From a virus (lineage: Duplodnaviria; Caudoviricetes), in IMG/VR virus record IMGVR_UViG_3300023229_000073, positions 1-26,492 of that record: 26,492 nucleotides of DNA. The stretch is one strand, 5' to 3'. Numbering within the stretch: the stretch's first letter is position 1; each line of letters begins with the position of its first letter. Made by a program: the position numbers and the translations under genes. The notes below the pieces were generated by a model that saw only the letters and a list, made by a program, of their open reading frames with translations, was not told where the DNA came from and searched no databases. Positions 8,975 through 18,500 of the stretch are shown here, one piece after another.

Positions 8975-9124
8975 ATGAGTAAAAACAATACAAATTTACG
9001 CAAATGCGTACGAAAGACATGGAAACTGCTTAAAAAAAGTATGAAGTACATAATAAAGGTAATATTCTTCATCCTAGCATTAACACCTGAGCATTGGAAG
9101 TTCCTTTATCACATTATTGAATAA
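8975..9124 (+). CDS. Small basic/hydrophobic peptide, 49 aa (below track cutoff)
   Basis: MSKNNTNLRKCVRKTWKLLKKSMKYIIKVIFFILALTPEHWKFLYHIIE*. TACCTTTG promoter box at 8844-8851 and a leader hairpin at 8907-8936. Confidence 0.5.
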   Translation: MSKNNTNLRKCVRKTWKLLKKSMKYIIKVIFFILALTPEHWKFLYHIIE

Positions 9125-9129
9125 TTCTC

Positions 9130-9516
9130 TTAAGGAGGCTTCATCAAGCTTTGGGCTAGTGCATACTGCATTTGTTTGAGGCAGTGGATCTGTTTATGCT
9201 TGAGCTTGATGGCTTCTTCTATCTGGGAGATAGATGTTACTCGCTTAGGGCTGTGAAGCTCTATGAGTGGGAAATGTTTACTTATAAGTGAACGTGTCTC
9301 ATGTATGCTGATAAATGGAACTACTGATCCTCGGATAAGAGGATGGTACTTGTGGCTGTGCCAGAGGGCGAAGAGTTTACCGTAGGCGTCAGGATCATCA
9401 GTCCATACGCTGAAGGAGTTAATCATATACTCCTGGAGAGGTTTTCCAGAGTTATCACCCTTGCACTGAATCCACAGTGCAGGGCGATCTTCTGATTTTG
9501 TGTAGGTTAGCCTCAC
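9130..9516 (-). CDS. Hypothetical phage protein
   Basis: 128 aa, with a 4-bp GTGA overlap with the upstream ORF. Confidence 0.65.
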   Translation of the reverse strand: MRLTYTKSEDRPALWIQCKGDNSGKPLQEYMINSFSVWTDDPDAYGKLFALWHSHKYHPLIRGSVVPFISIHETRSLISKHFPLIELHSPKRVTSISQIEEAIKLKHKQIHCLKQMQYALAQSLMKPP

Positions 9517-9815
9517 GCTGCTATCTCTACCGGGTTAGACTTTAGGGCTGTCCCTATGGTTTCTATAAGCTCTATCATATCTACCGCTGCCATCTTGTTA
9601 CGCTTAGCTCGCTCGGCAAAGTCATGTAGATCTATCAGTGCATCTAGCTTGGACACTTCCAGTGTGTCTTGGTTCGCAGTAATCAGCTCCTCGCAGTAGT
9701 AGGCTATCTGAAAGAATTTTCCGCATATCCCTGAATTGTAAAGTGTGTTCTTAGCAAATCTCAGTGTGGTGATCATTCGCTCTTCTGGTGATTGGTTTTT
9801 GATGTCGTTTTTCAT
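9513..9815 (-). CDS. Hypothetical phage protein
   Basis: 100 aa, with an A-rich Bacteroidota-style translation start context. Confidence 0.7.
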   Translation of the reverse strand: MKNDIKNQSPEERMITTLRFAKNTLYNSGICGKFFQIAYYCEELITANQDTLEVSKLDALIDLHDFAERAKRNKMAAVDMIELIETIGTALKSNPVEIAA

Positions 9816-10206
9816 TTTTTTCTTTAATTTCTAATGGTTGTACCAATCAGGGACCATTGGAAAATAAAGAGAGTAAACGACTAGGAGTGGATAGCTGAAG
9901 GGTAGGCCTGAAAAAGTGTGTGACGGTTTGCTCTGCTCACCGCGTAGCAGAACGTCTATAGAAATCTGTATCCAGCTGGTTTTATGGAATAAAAATGTAG
10001 GGCTGATAAAAATGTGACGAACGGCGAAGCAAGTGAAGTTGCTTTTTCTTAGCTGTACATAAGCTCCTTTAGATACTGTTTGATATAGACTTCTGGCACT
10101 CCTTTTTCGAGCACTGGGGCTATACACACCGTTTCAGAGCCAATCACCTGAAGAGTACTATCCTCCACCTCTGAGTATTTACTACTAACACACTATATTT
10201 GGGTAG

Positions 10207-10440
10207 ATGAAAAATGATAACAGAATAGCCGCTACTATCTTAGATGCGATTTACATAGGCAAGACACACGAAGGGTTCATCTATGACACTGAGTACAGAC
10301 TTCGAGCTGTGCGTAGCCCAGGTGGTGTGGTTAAGATCAAAGTCCATAAACCAGAGGGCCCTATAGAGTTATACGGTAGTGCAGCACATTTTGAGGCTAA
10401 CTGGAGCAATGTCCGAAGAATTGCAGCAGTACTTTGGTAG
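10207..10440 (+). CDS. Hypothetical protein with its own promoter
   Basis: 77 aa. TATATTTG (-7 box) at 10194-10201 ends 5 nt before the ATG. Confidence 0.6.
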   Translation: MKNDNRIAATILDAIYIGKTHEGFIYDTEYRLRAVRSPGGVVKIKVHKPEGPIELYGSAAHFEANWSNVRRIAAVLW

Positions 10441-10497
10441 CCATCAGCTGGATCACTCTAGAAAAAAATATATTCTTGAGTTTCTGAGCTGATTTTT

Positions 10498-10634
10498 CTA
10501 CTCTCCTACTCTCCTACTCTCTTTACTCGGAGCTACTCTCCATACTCTCCACTAGTATATATGTATAATAAGTAAGTATATATCTATAAATCAATGTATT
10601 ATACTATCAGAGAGTAAAGAGAGTTAAGAGAGCA
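10498..10634. repeat. Iteron array, putative replication origin
   Basis: CTACTCTC at 10498, 10506, 10514 and 10533 (variants at 10522, 10542), then a ~60-bp AT-rich spacer, then inverted GAGAGT copies at 10610 and 10619 (GAGAGC at 10628). Confidence 0.65.
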
Positions 10635-10648
10635 CTTTTTTGAGGTAT

Positions 10649-10679
10649 TTTGTATCTATGTTAAAAAAACCTAAATTCG
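10649..10679 (+). promoter_or_regulatory. Bacteroidota-type promoter facing the cassette array (Pc-like)
   Basis: TTTG-N19-TAAATTCG, close to the TTTG-N19-21-TAnnTTTG consensus. Confidence 0.55.
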
Positions 10680-10851
10680 TATGACTTAAAGTATATATAC
10701 TGACAGCTCTAACCATTTATTGTGGTTTATTAGTGTGATGTGAATCACACCTAGCGAAAATGCTGGTGTTTTTTATGTATACGAACTTTACTTGCAATCA
10801 GAAGACTAATATTGCTTGCCATTGCTAACTGCAAATAATGAGAATTGAAAT

Positions 10852-13800
10852 ATGACTATAGAAAATTACATTGACAATATAAACCAGAGGTATAAACTAG
10901 GGAACGCTACTGAGCATACATTTAGAGGAGACTTACAGCAGCTGTTAGAAAGTTTAGTTCCTGAAATAAGAGCTACCAACGAGCCTAAAAGACAATCTTG
11001 TGGTGCACCCGACTACATCCTGACTAAAAAAGATATACCTGTTGGTTTTATTGAAGCAAAAGACGTTGGTGATAAAGACCTTGAAGGGAAAAAGAAATCA
11101 GTAAACAAAGAACAGTTTGATCGCTACAAAGCATCATTAGACAATATAATTTTTACAGATTACATAGATTTTCATTTGTACAATGATGGAGAATTCATTA
11201 CTAAAATAGCCATTGCTGAAATAACAGAAGGAGGTATTGTACCCTTGTCAGAAAATTTTGCACGATTTAAAAATATTATAAAAGACTTTTGTGTTCATGT
11301 TGGACAAAACATTAAAAGTTCAAAAAAATTAGCAGAAATGATGGCGGGTAAAGCTAGACTTCTTTCTGACGTTATTGAAAAGGCTTTAACTAGTGATGAG
11401 ACTCACAATGAGGACAGCACACTGAAAGAACAAATGACTGCTTTTAAAAGCATTCTAATTCACGATATTACTCCCAAGGGGTTTGCGGATGTTTATGCCC
11501 AAACAATTGCCTATGGGATGTTTGCAGCTCGTTTGCACGATCCCACTTTAGATACTTTTAGCAGACAAGAAGCTGCTGAATTGATTCCTAAATCAAATCC
11601 GTTTTTAAGAAAACTATTTGGTTACATAGCTGGTCCTGATATTGACGACCGAATTAAATGGATTGTAGAAAATCTTGCAGAAATATTCTTAGCCTGTAAC
11701 GTGGAAGAAATTCTTAAAAATTATGGAAAGACAACAAAAATGGAAGATCCAATCATCCATTTTTATGAAACTTTCTTGGCTGAATATGACCCAAAACTAA
11801 GAAAAGCAAGAGGCGTGTGGTACACTCCTGCCCCTGTTGTTAATTTTATTGTAAGAGCAGTTGATGATATTTTAAAAACAGAATTTGATCTTCCGCAAGG
11901 TTTAGCCGACACTTCTAAAACAAAGATTAAAGTAAACACTCAAATTCCAGATAAAAATTTTAAATCTGGCTATAAACAAACAGAACAAGAAGTACACAAA
12001 GTACAAATTCTGGACCCAGCCACAGGAACAGGTACTTTTTTAGCAGAAGTAATAAAACACGTAAATAAAAACTTTAAAGGACAAGAAGGTATTTGGAGCA
12101 GTTATGTAGAGAACAATTTGCTCCCTCGTTTAAACGGTTTTGAGTTGCTCATGGCAAGTTATGCCATGGCTCATTTACAATTGGATTTATTGCTAAAAGA
12201 AACAGGATTTAAAGCTACAAAAGAGCAAAGAACAAGAGTCTATCTAACCAATAGTTTAGAGGAATTTCACCCAGATACAGGAACTTTATTTGCCAATTGG
12301 CTAAGTAGTGAAGCCAATGAGGCAAATCACATTAAGCGTGATACACCTGTAATGTGTATTATGGGTAATCCTCCATATAGTGGCGAAAGTGCTAACAAAG
12401 GAGATTGGATTATGGATTTGATGAAGGATTATAAAAAAGAGCCTGGTGGTAAGGAAAAATTAAAAGAACAAAACTCAAAATTTATTAATGATGATTATGT
12501 GAAGTTTTTACGCTACGGACAGCATTTTATTGAAAAAAACGGAAGTGGAGTATTAGCTTTTATAAATCCGCACGGATTTTTAGATAACCCTACTTTTAGA
12601 GGAATGCGGTGGAATCTTTTGAAAACGTATGACAAAGTTTATACGATTGATTTACACGGAAACAACAAAAAAAAAGAAACTTCTCCTGATGGTTCTGCAG
12701 ATGTAAATGTATTTGACATAATGCAAGGTGTTGCCATCACAGTTTTTGTGAAAACTGGAAAGAAAAAACCTAATCAACTTGGTAAAGTATTTCATTACGA
12801 TTTATATGGTAAGAGAGATTATAAATATGATTTTCTTTCACGTAACTCCTTAGCATCTATTAGTTTTATTGATTTGCCAAATAAAGCTCCAAATTATTTT
12901 ATGACTCCCAAAGATTTTGAAGCTGAAGATTCATATAATAAGGGGTTTGCTTTAAACGATTTATATATTACCAACTCTTTAGGGCTATTGACAAAAAAAG
13001 ACAGCTTTATAACATCTTTAGATAGGGATACTCTAATAGGGAAGTTAAACGATTTTATTGATCCATCTTTTTCTGATGAAGAGTTAAGCTCTAAATATAA
13101 TTTAAAACTAAAAGATAATGACAAATGGAACTTGAATAAAGCAAGGGCTAATATTCAAAATACAGGTATTTTAAAAAGTAAATTAATAAAACAGAATTAT
13201 AGGTGTTTTGATCAACGATGGATTTATTATGATGGGAGTTTTGTTGCAAGATTAAATACAAAGGTTTTGGATAATGTTAATGAACAAAGCCTTGCTATTA
13301 TTTCTACAAGGCAGTTAGCAGGGAACGAATTCTACCATTTATTCGTATCAAATAACAGATCAGATCAATGTTTTATTTCTAATAAAACAAAAGAGGGTTG
13401 TCAAGTTTTTCCACTTTACCTATATCCTAAGCAAAATGTCCAAAGAACGATTGATATTTCTTTAAGCTTAGTGCCGGGGTCAGCCAGAACCCCAAACCTT
13501 AACAGAGAAATTATTTTAGAACTTGCCAAAAAATTAAGTTTAACATTTACCGATGAGAAAGAACCCTTCGACTCCGCTCAGGCTGACAAAAACACTTTTG
13601 CTCCGATTGACATTTTGGATTATATCTATGCGGTTTTACACTCGCCAACGTATCGTGAGAAATACAAAGAGTTTCTAAAAATTGATTTCCCAAGAGTACC
13701 TTATCCAAAAGACGCAATTACTTTTTGGAGCTTGGTAAAACTAGGCGGAGAAATACGCAAAATCCATTTACTAGAATCGCCTAAAGTAGAGAATTACATT

Positions 13801-14106
13801 ACGACTTATCCAATTGATGGAGATAATATGATCACAACTAAAGTGGCAAAAAAAGATTGGGAATTATTTGATGAACAAAAACAATTGGGCAGAATATGGA
13901 TAAATGATGAACAGTATTTTGATAACGTTCCTTTAACTGCTTGGGAGTTCTACATTGGTGGTTACCAACCTGCTCAGAAATGGCTTAAAGACCGTAAAGA
14001 AAGAACCTTAGAATTTGATGATATTCTACATTATCAAAAGATAATCGTGGCACTTTCAGAAACGGATAGATTAATGAAGGAAATCGATAAAATTGAAATT
14101 GAGTAA
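10852..14106 (+). CDS. Single-chain restriction-modification enzyme (Type IIG/IIL-like: nuclease + N6-adenine MTase + Type ISP-like TRD)
   Basis: N-terminal PD-(D/E)XK (GAPDY...GFIEAKD), SAM-binding ILDPATGTGTF, catalytic GNPPY and ISP-type C-terminus (WEFYIGGYQPAQKWLKDRK). No helicase motifs seen. AT-richer than and opposite to the phage backbone. Confidence 0.9.
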   Translation: MTIENYIDNINQRYKLGNATEHTFRGDLQQLLESLVPEIRATNEPKRQSCGAPDYILTKKDIPVGFIEAKDVGDKDLEGKKKSVNKEQFDRYKASLDNIIFTDYIDFHLYNDGEFITKIAIAEITEGGIVPLSENFARFKNIIKDFCVHVGQNIKSSKKLAEMMAGKARLLSDVIEKALTSDETHNEDSTLKEQMTAFKSILIHDITPKGFADVYAQTIAYGMFAARLHDPTLDTFSRQEAAELIPKSNPFLRKLFGYIAGPDIDDRIKWIVENLAEIFLACNVEEILKNYGKTTKMEDPIIHFYETFLAEYDPKLRKARGVWYTPAPVVNFIVRAVDDILKTEFDLPQGLADTSKTKIKVNTQIPDKNFKSGYKQTEQEVHKVQILDPATGTGTFLAEVIKHVNKNFKGQEGIWSSYVENNLLPRLNGFELLMASYAMAHLQLDLLLKETGFKATKEQRTRVYLTNSLEEFHPDTGTLFANWLSSEANEANHIKRDTPVMCIMGNPPYSGESANKGDWIMDLMKDYKKEPGGKEKLKEQNSKFINDDYVKFLRYGQHFIEKNGSGVLAFINPHGFLDNPTFRGMRWNLLKTYDKVYTIDLHGNNKKKETSPDGSADVNVFDIMQGVAITVFVKTGKKKPNQLGKVFHYDLYGKRDYKYDFLSRNSLASISFIDLPNKAPNYFMTPKDFEAEDSYNKGFALNDLYITNSLGLLTKKDSFITSLDRDTLIGKLNDFIDPSFSDEELSSKYNLKLKDNDKWNLNKARANIQNTGILKSKLIKQNYRCFDQRWIYYDGSFVARLNTKVLDNVNEQSLAIISTRQLAGNEFYHLFVSNNRSDQCFISNKTKEGCQVFPLYLYPKQNVQRTIDISLSLVPGSARTPNLNREIILELAKKLSLTFTDEKEPFDSAQADKNTFAPIDILDYIYAVLHSPTYREKYKEFLKIDFPRVPYPKDAITFWSLVKLGGEIRKIHLLESPKVENYITTYPIDGDNMITTKVAKKDWELFDEQKQLGRIWINDEQYFDNVPLTAWEFYIGGYQPAQKWLKDRKERTLEFDDILHYQKIIVALSETDRLMKEIDKIEIE
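13564..13587 (+). repeat. REP-like element in frame within the R-M gene
   Basis: CCCTTCGACTCCGCTCAGGCTGAC, a GC-rich patch resembling Flavobacteria/Cytophagia REP units as I recall them. Encodes PFDSAQAD. Confidence 0.6.
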
Positions 14107-14781
14107 ATGACGACAATAATTATAATCATAAGCATATTATTGATATTCTTGATTGGTTTTATTCAATTATTCAGAACTCATTCACGCGAAACAACAAAAC
14201 TAGAATTTGCATTAGAGTATCGGTATAAATTTATTGAATTTAATAATAAATATTTTGAACAACATAATAGTTCGAAAAAATCAGATAATCTTGATAATGA
14301 ACTTTATGTTTGGCTCACGAAAAATGTGAGCAAAATCCAAAATAATGTAGGTAGTTTTGGAGTTATGTCATATAAACCTGCCTTTGAAAACTATATGATA
14401 AAAAACTATCAAATTATCATTAATACTATTCCTAAATTTAGAAAAGGGCAAATTCAAAATTTTGATGTAGCCTCTGTTGATGATTGCCTATTGAGATATA
14501 TTGGTCACGTAGAAGAACGCATAAAAGGAACATTAAAAAACTTAAAAAATCCAATAATTTGGTTTAGAATTGGATTTCAAGAAACCATTGGTATTCCTCT
14601 CTTTATTTTAAATTGGTTTGGGATTTTTAGCAAACTTAGAGTTAATAAGATAATGGAAAGTGCTATTTATAAAATATTTACAGGAATTATTGCTTTAATC
14701 GCCTTTTTAAGTAGTCTTGTCACAATTATTCAAGGGAAAGAAAAAACTATTGAGTTTATAAACAGAATATTAGGAAATTAA
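14107..14781 (+). CDS. Membrane protein of unknown function, coupled to the R-M gene
   Basis: TAAATG junction. N-terminal TM (IIIIISILLIFLIGFI) and C-terminal hydrophobic helices. Confidence 0.8.
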   Translation: MTTIIIIISILLIFLIGFIQLFRTHSRETTKLEFALEYRYKFIEFNNKYFEQHNSSKKSDNLDNELYVWLTKNVSKIQNNVGSFGVMSYKPAFENYMIKNYQIIINTIPKFRKGQIQNFDVASVDDCLLRYIGHVEERIKGTLKNLKNPIIWFRIGFQETIGIPLFILNWFGIFSKLRVNKIMESAIYKIFTGIIALIAFLSSLVTIIQGKEKTIEFINRILGN

Positions 14782-14819
14782 AATGCCAACGCCTTGCAGA
14801 CTGAAAGAAAATAACTAAA

Positions 14820-14872
14820 GCCCAACAATGCGTATAACCGCGTTAAAACGACGGCATACGCTATCGTTACAT
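14820..14872 (+). mobile_element. attC-like recombination site 1
   Basis: GCCCAAC(R'')-AATGC-GTATAACC(L'')-GCGTTAAAACGAC-GGCATAC(L')-GCTATC-GTTACAT(R'). The 7/5/8...7/6/7 spacing is that of classical attC sites. Confidence 0.7.
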
Positions 14873-14873
14873 C

Positions 14874-15155
14874 TCACCTGAAAGCCGTTTCGTCAATAAT
14901 TGCATTTATAAATCTGAACTTTCCTGTTAGCTCTGCTATCTCCATTTCGGTAAGAGGCGTTACTCTGCTCATATTAAATATAAGATCACAGGCTTTGATA
15001 GATTGTGTAATTTCACCTCCCCGTTTTAAAAGAGCTGCAAATACTTCGTAACTAGAAAGTCTTAAGTTCTTTAGTTTGTCGCTGTTTTGTTTGAAATCTT
15101 CTGAATGAGAGAAGTGCTTCACTAATAATTCGAATTCTTTGTATGATTGCTTCAT
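14874..15155 (-). CDS. Hypothetical protein filling the space between two attC-like sites (inverted cassette)
   Basis: 93 aa. Stop is 1 bp from R' of site 1 and start is 14 bp from R'' of site 2. Confidence 0.65.
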   Translation of the reverse strand: MKQSYKEFELLVKHFSHSEDFKQNSDKLKNLRLSSYEVFAALLKRGGEITQSIKACDLIFNMSRVTPLTEMEIAELTGKFRFINAIIDETAFR

Positions 15156-15169
15156 AATAACTCAACGCC

Positions 15170-15263
15170 CAATAACAATAACTATCATCAAGCAGGGCTA
15201 TCAGCTTGACGATAGTGTACAGGTTTAAAGAACTCCTGCTGGTTTATATTTTAGTCGTTACAC
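15170..15263 (+). mobile_element. attC-like recombination site 2 (longer, degenerate)
   Basis: CAATAAC...AGCAGG...CCTGCT...GTTACAC outer fold. Alternative inner hairpin ACTATCATCAAGC/GCTTGACGATAGT followed by GTTTAAA. Confidence 0.5.
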
Positions 15264-15265
15264 CA

Positions 15266-15583
15266 CTACTCCCACCACAGCTCTTTGCTCTCTAGCTTAG
15301 CCAGAATAGTTTCTTTTTTGAGGGTTCGTTTATCTGAAGACAGCTCCCAGTGCCCTATGATCTCTGCTCCCATATCTCGCTCTATTACGAATACGCTTCG
15401 TTTCACTAGGCGTATTCCGTCCATCCTTTGGGTGTTCCTGGTCTTTTCGGATTCGGCTCTCTTCACGAATGCATTGATAGCATTGTGCCAGAAGTACGCT
15501 ATATCTTTATCCGATACTCCTTCTGCTTTTAGCTTAGCTATTTGCGTGTCTACGCAGGCGTGAATTAGGTTTATACTACTCAT
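15266..15583 (-). CDS. Hypothetical phage protein
   Basis: 105 aa, starting 2 bp after the primase stop. Confidence 0.7.
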   Translation of the reverse strand: MSSINLIHACVDTQIAKLKAEGVSDKDIAYFWHNAINAFVKRAESEKTRNTQRMDGIRLVKRSVFVIERDMGAEIIGHWELSSDKRTLKKETILAKLESKELWWE

Positions 15584-15585
15584 AG

Positions 15586-18500
15586 TTAAAATGGTTTCTT
15601 TTCGGTATTCATAAATTCTTCCTCCTCTGCAGCTGCTTGTATCTCCTTAGCTTTTTCAGCTGCTTTTTTATCGATCTCCTGCTTATAGCTCTCACTGGCG
15701 AGTAGCTGATCTGTGACATCTGGCAGCTCTGAGGCTACAAACATGTATGCACTGGTGCTAGGTCCTTTGGAGAAGGTCGTCTTCTTACACGGTCCTATGA
15801 AGCTCTCCATCTCACTTAGGTACTTTTTGAGCGAGCTACTATTCATACTGGCTCCTTTGCTGTTTTGCACATAGGCGATGTGCAGCAGCTTTACATTGAT
15901 ATAGATCACTTCTTTGGGAGTCTCAAAGTACTTACGCTCTGTGGTGTTTTCCTTGCCTAGTATCTCTACAGATGTGCAGCTTTCTATCTTGATTTCCTTG
16001 TCTCTACTTATGATTTTACTGCTCAGCATGAAGCAAACGAAATCCCAAAACTGCTGTACTCCATCTGAACTCTTTATGATCCCATTATGCTCTATGATAT
16101 CTTCCACCATCTGATCAAAGAAAGCATCCATACTAAAAGGCAACGCGATATGTTTACCCATCACCTGGAGTGAAGCGTATATATGAGAGTAGTTATCTAC
16201 CAGTCTACTTACTATCTTCTTGTTCCGCTTGCTAAAATCATCCTTTAGTCGCTTGTAGATGGCTATGAATGTACTATCGTACTTCTCTTTGAAGTAGTCA
16301 CGGTGCTTATACATATCACACAGTAGCGAGCTCACGCCTTGGTCTAGGTAACTATCGAGGTGCTCTAGTCGCTCTCTGTCTTCTATGGTAAATATACGTG
16401 CAGGAAATGAGCGTATCACAGATCTATTGACTAGGGAGTTATCATCTTTAGTAAATAGGAACTGACCTGCGAGTACTAGCGTACACGTGGGCGTCTGTGT
16501 GATAATATTCCCTTCCTTAGTGCCCTTCTGTCTACCTATACCGTCATACGTGCCTTTGATGGCTTGCATTCGCTTGTCGTCCAGACTCTTCTCATCTAGC
16601 TCATTGAGTACTATGGGGCAATTCTGAAATCGCTGTATGCTTGCCGCCAGGGCAAAGTCTGAAACGTTGTCTAGATTTATCTGTGTCATACGCTTACCGT
16701 GTTGGTCTGTGCCGCTAAAAAAGAAGTGGAGTATATGATCTGTGAATACAGACTTACCCATATTAGTAGCTCCATATACGTATAGGAATGGGATGTTAGC
16801 TTTACGCATACATATATCTCTGAATAGAGTAATGATCTTGTAGGCTATACCGTAAGCTGCATCTTCTTTAAAGACATCCTGATATGCTTTGAAATAATCG
16901 GATATGGTAACCGGGCTCTCCGTATACGTGAAGTACTTATCTTTATCCAGGGCACTGTCTCCGTCGCGTTGATCCTTCAGCTCCTCCACTACTACAGGAC
17001 TTAGGTAGTTGTGCTTATTGTGAGTGAAGATGCCGAGGTCATTGTACTTCGTCAGCTGGCCATTGTATACATAGTTGCTGAATGCCAAAAACCCTTCGCT
17101 CTGGTAGCCTAGCTGCTTTAGCTCGTAGCATTTGGGAAACTTTTCTAAGAGATACTGCACGAGTCGTATGAAGTAGGTTTTGGTAAAGTCCATTATGAAG
17201 TACGGTCCTTCCTTGATCAGTGCTTGCTCCATATACGACTGACTGCTGACTCCTACACTATCTACCAATATATTCACAGCAGACTTGCCTTTGCATATCT
17301 GAATGTATCGCTTATTGTCATCTTGGCCATACACGTGAAAGAGTGGTTTTATGACACAGTTTCCACAAGTGTCGTACCCTTTACCGTTGGAAAAATAGTA
17401 GCCAGTGTTATCTTTTTTAGGAGCAAATCGGTGTCTGAGGTAAAAATCTATATCGCAATCTGGCGGCAGTGAGGTAATGTCTGAGTCTAGCAACACGTCT
17501 TTTTGTTCCTTGAGCTCTATTACATACACACTTTTCAATGCTTTGAGTAGCGTGTTCTTTGCTATGCCCCACACATTCGCTTTGCTTAGCTTGGTGATCC
17601 ATCTATCCTGTATAGTCTCGGGATATCGCTTTAGGTAGTTTAGGAAATCTTGACGCTGTGCTTCCAGTTCATCTTCATCTGCATCTTGCTGATCTATGGT
17701 ATATTTTATTCCTTCGGGAATAAGAGCACCTATGGGTTGGCTACTGCGAAAGATCAGTTCTTTCTCTAGCTCGTGCAGGGTTACTTCTTTATCTGCTTTT
17801 TTAAATAGGTCAAATAATGCTGCGTTGGCTATGGTATTTGGCAGCGTGTAATCTGTGAGTGGTGCGTGTATCTGTGCATATATCCAGTCTAGAAAATGCT
17901 GTGGTGCTGGTCTTTTTTTCTTTTCTTTTACAAATTCATCTGGATCGTAACCCAATACGTTGATCACTTTTACTTTCTGGCCAACTTCTAGTAGGATTTC
18001 TGCGGCCTTGGCGGTAGCGGCTCTTCCGGCACTATCTCCATCATACCATATCACAGTCTCCGTACAGAACCTATGCAGCAGCTTGGCTTGCTTCATAGTG
18101 AATGCCGTGCCACAACCTGCCACAGCATTGGGTATGCCTGCTGGGTGTATGCCTACTACATCCATATATCCTTCCATCAGGTATACAGAGCCATTCATTT
18201 TGCGTATAGGAACTATCGCACGATTCAGATTATAGAGGACCTTGCTTTTGTCATATAGCCACGTCTGCGGGCTATTTATATACTTAGCATATTTACTTTC
18301 TGCTATCACTCTGCCTCCAAAACCTATGAGCATGCCTCGCTCATTGTGTATAGGAAAGGTGAGTCTGTCTTGGAATGTGTCGTAGGTAGTGATTGACTTA
18401 TCTGCTTGCTCCTTCTCAGAGAGTATACCAGATAGTACGCCTGCTTTTAGCTGACCTATTTTGATGAGTTCTTTCTGCAGCACATTGCCACTTTCTGCAT

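Noticed and set aside
9831-10127. 98-aa minus-strand ORF
   Set aside because: GTG start, atypical composition and no motif. More likely an intergenic region between divergent genes, though not excluded.
10498-10549. CRISPR array or simple microsatellite
   Set aside because: 8-bp units without spacers, plus inverted copies across an AT-rich core, fit iterons better.
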